This document shows, one piece after another, positions 24,401 through 37,400 of a stretch of DNA of 64,000 nt. Within the stretch, counting starts at the first letter, position 1. Each line of letters opens with the position of its first letter. The notes below the pieces were generated by a model. It was not told where the DNA came from. It ran no database searches and saw nothing but the letters and a program-made list of their open reading frames with translations. Position numbers and translations under genes: made by a program. The DNA is from Octopus bimaculoides (Eukaryota). The stretch covers positions 60,277,872 to 60,341,871 of the forward strand of contig NC_068983.1 of NCBI RefSeq assembly GCF_001194135.2, given 5' to 3'.

Positions 24401-27400
24401 ATTGTATGATAGCTGTAAATGATGAATGTTGATGTCACAGTATTCTGTGAAAACATGTCTGGCCATAAGGAAATATTACCTTGCTTGGAAACAGGTGAGG
24501 ATTGGTGACAGAAAGGGCATCCAGCCATAGAATATCTACCTCAACAGATTCCATCTGACCCATGCAAGCATAGAAAAGTGGACATTAAAATGGTGATGAT
24601 GTTCAGTTATAAAAATCTGTTGTTAGTTTTGGTATACTCATTAGTAATTGGTTATTAAAGATTCTAATTAAGGTAGATTCTGAGGCAGTGTTTATATTTC
24701 TGACGTTGTGGACACCACTGGATTGAATGATACTGCCCAGCCCATGTGTCGAAACCATAGTGATGTCTATCTTTGGCGGCTGATGATGGGAATGCACATA
24801 TGTTATTCTTGTTTATGAATTTCTTATATCTTAGTCTCATTATTCTGGGTTCATGAGATCACGATGTGGTTTCAATTCATGGGCTGGGCAGTGTGTTGTG
24901 TTCTTGAGCAAAACGATTTATTTCATGCTGCACCTGTCTATTCCACTGTAAATGAGTTCACCCTGCAATGGGCTAGCATCCTATCCAGGGGGACATGTTG
25001 TGATCTCAGTCATTTATATGCCATGGTATCTGGATAACTGACCCTATAAGTCCCAGAACTCAAGACTAATGCCTAAGGGATGAAAGTTTTTTTAACAAGG
25101 AAGCTCTTATTCACAAAATCTTATCAAATATGTCTTTAAAAATGTCTTCTAATTAAAAAACTAATTTCTGGAGTTTTTTTTTTCTCTTTTTTTCTCAGCG
25201 TTCCATTCAGGACGAACTAGAGCGCGAAAGTGAATCTGATATCAGCACCATTTTGATCAGTTATGTAATCATGTTTATCTACATCTCCTTGGCTCTTGGA
25301 CAGTTCCGCAGTATCAGAACAACCTTTGTGAGTTGTATTTCATTTATATAATTAGTTTTTGGTACCAATGACTAATTTACTTACATAGTAAATGCAAGCA
25401 TAGCAGTGTGCTTGAGAAGCTTGCTTCTTAACCAAATGGTTTTGAGTTCAATCCCTCTGTGTGGCCCCTTGGATGAGTGTCTTCTATTATAGTCTTGGGC
25501 CTACCAAAACCTTGTGAGTGGACTTGGTAGATGGAAACTGAAAGAAGCCTGTTGTGTGTGTGTATGCATGTGTGAGTTCGTGTTTGTGTCTCCTTGTTTT
25601 GACATCACATGTCTCTTGTAAATGAATGCCATTCATTTTCAATATTCTGTGAAAACGTGTCTGACCATGGGGAAATATCTTACTTCTTGGAAGCAAGCAA
25701 GGGTTGACAACGGGAAAGGCATCCAACCCAGCCATAGAAAATCAGCCTCAGTAAACTCCATCTGACTCCTGCAAGTATGGAAAAGAGGATGTTAATATGA
25801 TGACAACGATGATGATCATAATAAAAACCATCTGTGCCAGTACCATTGGAAAAAGCACTCAGTTCACTCTGTAAAGTAGTTGGTCCTAAGGAGGGCATCT
25901 CACCATAGGAACTGTGCCAAAGCAGACAACCGGGACTTGGTACGGGTCTCCAGCTTGCCAGCTCCAGTCAAACTGTCCAACTCATGCCAGCATGGAAAAA
26001 CAGATGTTGAATGATGATGATGATACTAGTTTGTTTTCTTTTATACTAAGTTTGGTTTCTATGTTTTCAGATTGATTCCAAAATTACCCTTGGTTTTGGT
26101 GGAGTTATCATTGTATTTCTGTCTGTGATGATGTCTCTTGGCATCTTCAGCTACATTGGTCAGCCAGCCACCCTTATTATTATTGAGGTCGTACCATTTT
26201 TAGTACTGGCTGTTGGAGTTGACAACATCTTTATTCTTGTACAAGCATTACAGGTAAGTGACCGTTCTTGTCACTCTACAAACTCGTGAGATTTAAATTC
26301 ATGTCTCTTTCAGATATTTGCACCAACACCTGCATTCCTTCATGTTGAAATTATTCCTGTTACAGATTTAACTGTTTTCATTCCAACCCCCTTTTTTAAA
26401 AGAGCCCTTGGTTTTATGCTACAAACTTGTGTTAAAGTGATCTAAATTAAAACCTTCCATCAAAATTTCATATAAATCGTGATGGCACCTGTGCCCAGGG
26501 TTGCCTTCCTGGCACTTGTGCCGGTGGCCCATGTAAAGACAATCGAGCGAGATCGTTGCCAGTGCTGCCAGACTGGCTCCTGTGTAGGTAGCATGTAAAA
26601 TACACCATTTTGAGGGTGGCCGTTGCCAGTACCGCCTGACTGGCCTTCGTGCCAGTGGCACGTAAAAGCACCCACTACTCTCTCTGAGTGGTTGGCATTA
26701 GGAAGGGCATCCAGCTGTAGAAACTCTGCCAAATCAGATTGGAGCCTGGTGTAGCCATCTGGTTCACCAGTCCTCAGTCAAATCGTCCAACCCATGCTAG
26801 CATGGAAAGCAGACGTTAAACGATGATGATGATGATGTTTGAAACACCAGCTTAACCCTTTAGCATTCAGATATTCTGTCAAATGTAATGCTTATTCATT
26901 TTAAATTAATCATGCATTATCTTGCAGTTTCAAGATTTTGATGATGTGATTGCTTATTTTTAGAATGACATTGTTGAGTAGATGTGAGGGGCCAGATTTG
27001 GCCAGTTTGAACATAGAGTAGGTGTAATATTTTGGCCAGTTATAGCCAGTTTAAATACCAAAGGGTTAATAGTGACAAAATTATTTTACTGATTTCTTTG
27101 TTATTTTCAAAATTGATTGAAACATAAGTAGTGTCTTTTTATAGAAACATGCCACTTTTAATGAAGTTGAACTTAATGACTCTTCTCTGTGATTTTATCT
27201 TCACTAATTTCATATCCACATTTCTAATTGTGGATGAAAATTCCATGCTAAATGAAAGATTTCCTTCTGCCTACAGTAGCAGGAGCTGGAGAAATTACAT
27301 TGAATGGCTCTGCCTGAAAAGTCAGACTTTGCTCCTTGCCATGGCAAAATAACTTGTTCTACTTTGTGAAGTTTTGAGTGCAAACAGATAGCATAAGTCT

Positions 27401-30400
27401 GAGAATATTGGGCCTTACAGATCAAATGGCACAGAGTCTAGGTTCTGTATAGTAGACTGGCTCAGTCTTATCATGACTTTGACTCAGTCATGATCCCTGC
27501 TCAAGGACACAGTACACTGCTCAGTCTATGAAATGAAACCATGATTTTATGATTGTGAGTGGCACACTTTCACCATTTGACCACTTGCTTTCACATCCTG
27601 AATTTAAAAAGAGCAGACTTTAAAATAATGGTGAAAATATCATTGTGTAACTACAGCTGTCATAGGTCACTCAACTTAACTCGAAATTTGTTTTGTTATT
27701 TTAGCGTGATGTCGGTGACCCAGATGAAATTTTTGAGTCCAAAATTGGAAGAATTGTTGGTAAAATTGGTCCAAGCATGCTGCTTACTAGTCTTTCTGAA
27801 TCAGTAGCTTTCTTATTAGGTAAGTGTAATTAAGACATATTAATTGCTGTATCTTGAAAGAGTCATATTAAGTGATTAGAAAAGATTGAGTTTTTGAGGG
27901 ACTGAGTCTTAGTCTTTGAATCTTGAAATTGGTTAAGTGGATAGGTAAGCAAAGGGTTCAATATCCAGTTGTTTTTTTTTTTTAACCATTATTACCCATG
28001 CCAACAACATCTCTTTCATTGAACACGAAACTCAGCTTGCAAAGACTTATTGGGGCAAGCGAAAGCAAAATTGTGATGGCACCTGTGCCCAGCATCACCT
28101 TTCTGACACTTGTGCCCACGGCATGTGTAAGGACTTTCGAGCGAGATCGTTGCCAGTGCCCCTAGACTGGCTCTTGTGTGGGTGGCACAGAAAATACACC
28201 ATTTTGAGCATGGCCGTTGCCAGTACCGCCTGACTGGCCTTCATAGGATTTTTGAGCGAGATCGTTGCCAGTGCCCCTGGACTGGCTCTTGTGCGGGTGG
28301 CACATAAAATACACCATTATGAGTGTGGCCGTTGCCAGTACCGCCTGACTGGCCTTCGTGCGGGTGACACGTAAATGCACTCACTACACTCTCTGAGTGG
28401 TTGGCGTTAGAAAGGGCATCCAACTGTAGAAACTCTGCCAAATCAGATTGGAGCCTAGTGTTGCTATCTGGTTTCACCAGTCCTCAGTCAAATCGTCCAA
28501 CCCATGCTAGCATGGAAAGCGGACGTTAAACGACGATGATGATTACATTTCTTTTCTCCTCTGAACCTGCTAGTTGTACACAAGCCTTGCCCACCCCTTT
28601 TGAGGCACATACTTCTCTTTTTGTAATCTCTGTCCTATCTCATCCCAGATATTCCACACTCAACACTTTTCCTACAACTTCACTTTCCCTGAACTTAAAC
28701 AGTCTCAACAATATCTCAACAATCTTGTCAGCCTTGCAAGAGTTTTGAGGGGAGGTGCATTGATTCCCTTGTAGTTGACTGGTGCTTTATGTTATTGACC
28801 CCAGAGAGATAAAGCAAAGTTGTTTTCGGCCATTTTTCAACTCAGGCTGTGAAGAACTATATGTAAATATCATAAGGCAGTTTGGGGACATGCTAATGAT
28901 CCTGCCAATTCATTAATAACCGTTTCTACTATAGACACGGGGCCTGAAATTTTGAATAAGGACCCAAGTGCTTCACTGGTACTTAATTTATTGATCCCCA
29001 ACAGGATGGAAGACAAAGACGACCTCGGTGGAGTTTAAACTCAGAACGTAAAGACAGGCAAAATGCCAACAAGCATTTTACCCGGCATGCTAATGATTCT
29101 GCCAGCTTTCCACCTTCTGCCAATCCATTCATAATAGTCATGTCTAATAATCATTTCAAGACCTGAAATTTGGAGGAATGGAATTAGTCTATACCAGTGG
29201 TTCCCAACCTTTTCGCTACCAAGGACCCCTTTTAATTAAATGAGTTTTCCCACAAACTTCTTTTAATATGTTTATCCTTTGTATATATGTATGTATATAT
29301 AATATAATATAATATAATATAATATATATATATATAAAATTTTGAATTTAGTTTATGGACCCCCAGTACTACCTTTGTGGACCACATGTTGGGAACCACT
29401 GGTCTGATCTATACCATTGACACCCCACCACCACTACCACAACCTCTCTGGTACTTTGTTTTTAATTGACTCTTGAAGCATGAAAGACAAAATTGAACTC
29501 ACAACATAAAGAGCCAGAACGAATATGACAAAATATTTAATCCATTAATCTAATAATTTTGATAATCCAGTAATCAAAAGTTACAGTAAATGAATAAAAA
29601 TCTGTTGACATTTCAATGTTTAGTATTTAGAGTGTTGTATATATTTTCTAAAATGATAAATATCATGTAAATATTTAGTCACCCATATTTTCATTCTATT
29701 TAGGTGCTCTCACTACAATGCCTGCTGTCCGAATGTTTTCCCTCTATGCTGGAATGGCTGTCTTTTGTGATTTCGCTCTACAGATCACCTGCTTTATCAG
29801 TTTAATGGCATTAGATGCAAAACGACAAAAAGTAAGTTGTTTTGGAGATTAAAAATTACTTGTATTAATAGGAGGATCCACTGTAATATTGGAGGTTTGG
29901 TTTGAAGATGTCAATGGGAAATCTCTCCACTGAATTGTCCCCAGCACCATTAGATGCAGGCATGGCTGTGTAATTAGAAGTTTGCTTCAAGGTTTCAGGT
30001 TCAATCCCATGGATAGCACCTTGGGGAAGTGTCTTCTGCTATAGACTTGGGCCAAGCAAAGCCTTGTAAGTGAATTTGCTAGATTGAAACTGAAACAAAT
30101 ATGTTATTCATTTCCAATCTTCTGTGAAACCATGTCCAGCTATGGAGAAATACTACGTTTACCATGTACCTCCTCTACAGTAAAATAGCTATATCTATCC
30201 CTTAAATCTCTCAATTGGCACAAAGTTACACCCACTCAATACAACCTCCCCACTCCCAGTTAAGGGATTTTTATCTTGCAAGGTATTTGGTGACCCTTGT
30301 GGTGCTGGTGCCACATAAAAAGCACTGATGATGGTCCATGTAAAAAGCGCTGGTGATGGTGCTGTTTTAAAAGCACCCAGTCCACTCTGTAAAGTGGTTG

Positions 30401-32390
30401 GTAATAGGAACGGCATCCAGCTGTAGAAATGGAACTTGGTTTGGATCCTGGCTTTGCTAGGTCCTGTCAAGCTGACCAACTTGTGCCAGCATAGAAAATG
30501 GATGCTAAATGATGATGGTGACAACCTTGCATAGAATTAAGTGATGGTTGATGAGAGGAAAGACATCCGGTAGTAGAAAATCTGTCTCAGTGAATTCTGC
30601 CTGGCCCCATACAAACATGGAAAAGTGACTGTTAAAATGATGATTAAAGCAAAATTGCCCAGAATACCTTCACAAATTTATAACTACATGATATTAAATA
30701 ATAAATTGTCATCGTTTAACATCCGCTTTCTATGTTGGCATGGGTTGGATAATCTGATTGAGAACTGGCAAGCCGGGGGGGTTGCACCAGGCTCCAAGCT
30801 GATTTGGCAAGGTTTCCTAAAGCCAACCACTCCAAGAGTGTAGTTGGTGCTTTTACGTGCCACCTGCATGGGAGCCAGTCAGGTGGCACTGGCACCAACC
30901 ATACTTGAATGGTGCTTTGTACGTGCTACCAGCACCGGCGCCAGTCAGGTGGCACTAATGTAATATTGAATAAGATTTTAACATTGCTGAAGATATTCAT
31001 TAAATGAAAATTTATTTCATCATCATTTAACTTCCACTTCCTATGCTGGGGTTGGACAGTTTGACAGGAACTGGCAAGTCAGAAAACTACACCAAGCTCT
31101 GCTGTTTGTTTTTGCATGGTTTCTATGACTGGATGCCCTTCCTAATGCCAACCACTTTACAGAGTGTACTGGGGGATTTTTACGTGTCACCAGCAGCAGT
31201 GAGGGCAAGACCCCTGAACTTGGAGGAGCAGTATTATTGAAGGAGAGAAAAAGGTGTATTACATTAGAAGCGAAACATGGTTACTTCAGATGGTGAGAGA
31301 GAGAAATGGTGATGACAAAAATGTGACAGGGAGGCAGGCAGTAGCCATGTACCCATGTTATATAGCAAAGTGGATTGGGGACTGGAGAGAGTGAGTAGGT
31401 GGGTGAGTTCACAAGATTGCAAAAGGAGAATGACATGAGCTTATCATTAATTTTCTTTTCAGGCTAACAGATTGGATGTGCTTTGTTGTATAAAGCTGAA
31501 AATGAAGAATGTTCTCGGCACTGAAGAATGCTTATACTCATTAATAAAGAATTACTATGCTAGATTTATAATGAAAAACTATGTTCGGCCAATCATTGTG
31601 AGTATTCTTTTTTTCAGTTACTGGTTGTCTTAAATGTCTATCAAGGTTTATATTGAGCTGTATTTTGTTCTTTTTTAAACTTGCGGGATATTAAAAGAAA
31701 GCCTAGTTGAAATAAGCATCAGAAATGGTTTGCCTTATGCAGAAACTGCAGGAGTTACTCAGAGGTTTTTCAAGCTCTTCTAAACCCATTGCAATGCTGG
31801 AACCACTTCGATATATCGTTAGCAGGTTTCTCAGGGTCACAAACGTTTAGCCTCTTAGCCTGTACACTTCACCTGAGTAGGGTAGTGAGGACTGAGCTAG
31901 TTTTTGTTTATGGAACAGTTCCACTTGTGGTCTCTTATCAACCAAAGCCATCTTGAACTAGTTTCAGCTGCTGTGCTGATTCCCCTGGTGACTTTCTTCA
32001 GTTGTCTGGGGTTCCAGATCTGTATGTGAAATATACGCAAATTCAATTTGAAGAAAACATTTTGGATAGATTCTAACAGTAAATAAGGCAAAGTATGGCT
32101 GCATTGTTAAAAAATTTCATTCTCAAACATGTGATCTTGGGTTCAGTCCCTCTGTGTAACGCTTGGGTAAGCATCTTCTTTATGCTAGCTCCAGACTGAC
32201 CAAAGTTTGGTTAATGGAAACTTAAAGAAGTCTAGCATGTGTGTGTTTGTTTGTGTATGTGTGTGTGTTTTAATGCTTCTTTTGGGGTCTGCAATCGCCT
32301 ATATAATTGTTTTATTATAATTGTTAAATTGTTACACTAGATAATTTTTTCATTAAATTATATTTATATATATCATCATCATCATCGTCT

Positions 32391-32422
<32 letters not shown>

Positions 32423-32767
32423 TATATGGTTCAAAACTGTACAAAAAGCACAAGACAGACACTGGTGTGGGAACAATAAACAAGGAGTATATATATATAT
32501 ATATATATATATATNNNNNNNNNNNNNNNNNNNNNNNNNNNNNNNNNNNNNNNNNNNNNNNNNNNNNNNNNNNNNNNNNNNNNNNNNNNNNNNNNNNNNN
32601 NNNNNNNNNNNNNNNNNNNNNNNNNNNNNNNNNNNNNNNNNNNNNNNNNNNNNNNNNNNNNNNNNNNNNNNNNNNNNNNNNNNNNNNNNNNNNNNNNNNN
32701 NNNNNNNNNNNNNNNNNNNNNNNNNNNNNNNNNNNNNNNNNNNNNNNNNNNNNNNNNNNNNNNNNNN

Positions 32768-32801
<34 letters not shown>

Positions 32802-34373
32802 CCAACCCATACCATCATAGAAAACATGTTGAATAATGATGATGTCTATGCTATTGCAGGTGGTTGTGTTCTCTCTCTGGTTTTGCATTTCTGGTGCTTT
32901 GATGATGCGTGTAGAAATTGGTTTAGACCAAAGTTTGTCAATGCCAAAGGTAAGGTTTATTTAATTATTTTTATGTTTCATTGTCTTTTTTTTTTATATG
33001 TGCCTCAGCAGAATGAGTAGAGCTTCAGACAAAAATACCTGGAGGTATTTAGTCGTTAGCATTTAAACTAAACATATCTGGTCCTAATATTTTACCTGTT
33101 TTATGTTACACCTACCTTACGGGGTCATTCTAAAAATAAACAGTTACATCATCAAAATCTTGAAGCTACAAGATAATCCATGATTAATTCAAAACATTTG
33201 ACAGAATAATCTGAATGCTAAAGGGTTAAGGTTGCTAATGCTCTGAGTTCAAATCACGCTGTGATCAACTTTGCTTTTCATTGTTAGAGGGGTTGAGTAA
33301 TAAAATTCCAATTGAGTACTGCATGTCAGTTTAATTGACTAAAACCACACACCCTTTTCCTGCCAAGTTTCTTGTCTTGTACCTGTGCTGGAAACTACCA
33401 TTATTATTGAGAAGGCAACAAGCTGCCAGAATCCTTAGAGCAGTGGAAGAAAAATCATTCCAGCATTTGTTCTGATTTTTAACTTTCTGAGTTCAAATGC
33501 TGCCAAAGTCAATTTTGCTTTTCATCTTTTTAAATTAGATTAAAGTACCAGTCAAATGCTGGTGTTGCTGGCATCAACAACTATTCCACCTCTCTAAATC
33601 GCTACCCCAATTCAGAAATAATTGTTATTATTATGAAGAACGTTAAAAATGGTAGAATGTCTTGTATGTAGTCAAAAGTTCAAATCCAGCTACGTCATAC
33701 TTTTTTATCCTTCCAAGGACTGATAAAAAAAAAAAAAAAAAGAACACCAATCAAGTTTTGGTCTTGATTAAAATGTCTAAATACCCACCCCCACCAATTT
33801 TTGATCTTGAGCCAAAGATAGAAGTTTTTCATATTAATGCCCCCTGTTTCTGTTCAAGAATATAATTTTGAAATTAACTTACATATTGGCATTTGGATTC
33901 CTAAATTCTTTTACACTTACCTTATCTGGTACTTAATGTAGAACTTAAAAACCTTTGAGAAAGGCATGAAATCCTCAACTTCTGCTTTGTGTAAAAGTTG
34001 CAGGGTGTTAAACACATGCTAAAAAAGCAATTCTGTTTTATTCATCTTTTCAAGGTCAATACAGTACCAGTTGACCATTGCTATCGACTGGCCCCTTCCA
34101 CACAAAATTTCAGGCTTTGTGCCTATTATAGAATTATTATTATTATTATTATTGTTAAGGCGGCGAACTGGGAGAATCGTTAGCATGCCAGGTGAAATGG
34201 TTAGTGGTATTTCGCCCGTTGCTACATTCTAGGTTCAAATTCTGCCGAGGTTGATTTTGCCTTTCATCCTTTCAGGGTCAATAAATTAAGTGCCATTGAA
34301 ATTCTGGGGTCAATGTAATTGACTGGTTGCCCTCCCCCCCAAAACTTCAGACCTTGAGCCTATAATAGAAAGG

Positions 34374-34414
<41 letters not shown>

Positions 34415-37400
34415 GGCAGCAAGCTGGCAGGATCGCTAGCACGCTGAGCAAAATGCTTTGAGGTATTTCGTCTGTGTTCATTTTCTGGGTTAAAATTCTG
34501 CCAAGGTTGACTTTGCCTTTCATCCTTTTGGGGTCACTAAAAGATGGCTACCCTTGTGGCAAAACTTGAAGCCATTATTGTTGTTGTTGTTGTTATTAAG
34601 TCGCCTAGCTGGCAGAATTGTTATCAACACTGGGCAAAATGCTTAGTGGCATTTCCTCTCTACTTACATTCTGAGTTCAGATTCCACCTAGGTCGACTTT
34701 GCTTTTGATCCTTTCAGGGTCAAGTACTGGGGTTGATGTGATGACCATCACCCTCCCATCACATTCCAAGCTTTGTGCCTATAGTAGAAAGGATTATTAA
34801 AACTATTATTATTTTTATTAATCAGCAGAAGTTAGAAAATGACTCAAAGGCCAAGAGTTAGGAGCATGGTACAAAACTCATCCTTTGAGTCGCCTTCTAA
34901 CTGCTGTTGATTAATAATGTGTGTGTGTGAAGATGCATGATTTAGTAGTTAGGGTATATGTATTTCCTTATTACCCACAGGGGGCTAAACATAGAGGGGT
35001 CAAGCAAGGACAGACAAAAGGATTAAGTCGATTACATCGACCCCAGTGCGTAACTGGTACGTATTTAATTGATCTCGAAAGGATGAAAGGCAAAGTCGAC
35101 CTCGGTGGAATTTGAACTAGGAATTTAATGGCAGACGAAATCTGACTAACGATTCTGCCCTTGGTTAGAGTATATGGCTCATGATTGTAAGGTCCTGAGT
35201 TCAATTTCCAGTGTCACCTTGTATCTCTGAGCAAGACACTTTATTTAACCTTACTCCAGTTCACTCAGCTGGCAAAAATGAGTTTTACTTATAATTCAAA
35301 GGGCCAGCCTTGTCACATTCTATCATGCTGAATATCTCTGAGAACTACATTAAGGGTACGCGTGTCTGCGGCATGCTCATTCACACACATATGTGTGTGT
35401 GTGTATTTATTTGCTATTTCTGTGGATTATTGATTACTGTGAAATGAAAATATAGATCCTTCTCATTAGATACAAAGATTCCATAAGAGACCCACTTTCT
35501 TGAGATATCATCATCATCATCATTTAATGTCCGTTGTCCATGCTGGCATGGGTTGGACAGTTTGATCAGGGCTGGCATGCTGGAAAGCTGCAGCAGACGC
35601 CAGTCTGATTTGGCATGGTTTTCTACAGCTGGATGCCCTTCCTAACACCAACCACTCTGAGAGTGTAAAGGGTGCTTTTACGTGCCACCAGTATGAGTGC
35701 CGCTTGCATGACATAAAAATTTAAATAAAAAAATTTGCCAATGTGAATAAATAAGCATACATTTGTCTAGATGTGTTCAACAAAATTTTGGGTTTTTTTT
35801 TTCTAATTTTTAGGATTCCTATGTTCTGCAATATTTCCATAACCTGTCTGAATACCTGTCTATAGGACCCCCTGTTTATTTTGTTGTTCAAAACGAGGTG
35901 GATTATTCGTTGAGAGAAAACCAAAACAAATTCTGTGCCATTACAGGTTGTAACTCAGATTCTTTGGAAGGACAAGTTTTTGTAGCTTCCATGCAGCAAA
36001 ATTAGTAAGTCATTTTTGAATGTATCAGTTATTTAACGTGGTTTGTCTCTAATATCAAGGAAATGGGATGTTTCACATGTTGAACTATTGAAAATCATCA
36101 CCATATTATTATTATTCATCATCATCATCATTTAATGTCTGTTTTCCATGCTGGCATGGGTTGGACGATTTGACTGAGGACTGGCGAACCAGATGGCTGC
36201 ACTAGACTCCAATCTGATTTGGCAGAGTTTCTACAGCTGGATGCCCTTCCTAACGCCAACTACTCCGAGAGTGGAGTGAGTGCTTTTTACATGTCACCGG
36301 CACGAGGGCCAGTCAGGAGGTACTGGCAACGGCCACGCTCAAATGGTGTATTTTACGTGCCACCTGCACAGGAGTCAGTCCAATGTTTTGTTCACATGCC
36401 ACCGTCACAAGTGCCAGTAAGGCGAAGCTGGAAATGATTGCGCTCAAATGGTGCTTTTTACGTGCCACCGGCACAGATGCATGACTGCTGCTCTAGCAAT
36501 GTTCTTGCTCGGATGGTGCTGTTAACGCTCCACTGGCACAGGTGCCAGTCATCGAATTTGGTTCAGTTTTGATTGTTTTCCATGCTGGCACGGGTTGGAC
36601 AGCTTGACAAGAGCTGGCCTGCTGGAGAATTGCACCTGGCTCCATTTATCTGTTCTGGCATAGTTTCAATGGCTGGATGCCCTTCCTAATGCCAACCACT
36701 CTACAGAATGTACTCAGTGCCTTTTATGTAGCAACACCGAAAATTATTATGGCCTGACACATTGGGTTTGATTCTTTTGATACCAATCCACATGGGACCA
36801 CCCCTGAATCTATGATACAAATTGGAAGTTTTAAACTGATCTAAATTAAAACCTTCCAGCAAAGTTATATATGCTGGTCCATTACTTGGATGACCTATTT
36901 TTGCCAGCTGAGTGGACTGGAGCAACATGAAGTGTTTTGCTATAGGACACAACGCATTGCCCAGTCCAGGAATCGAAACCGCAATCTTATGATCATGTTT
37001 CCAACACCCTAACCACTAAACCATGTACCTCCATTATTTATTTATGTGTCTGTTATCTGAAATCTTTATTTCTCATTTTCTGAATTACTGTTTTCTTTGA
37101 AAGCACTCGAATTGCCAAGTCTTCATCCTCTTGGCTTGATGATTATTTTGACTGGATCAACCCAAATAACCAGAACCCGTGTTGCCGTTACTATAAATCC
37201 ACTGGAAAGTTCTGTGATGCTGATGGTAATTTCTTTTGCTTTGCTTTCATATCTCTCTCTCTCTCTCTCTCTCCCCCCTCTCTCTCTCTCCCCCTCTCTC
37301 TCTCTCTCGCTCCCCCCTCTCTCTCTCTCTCTCTCTTTTTATGGTGTTTGCAGTTGATTTTCATCAGAGGGTAAGAAGCTCATTTTGCTTCTTAACTCCT

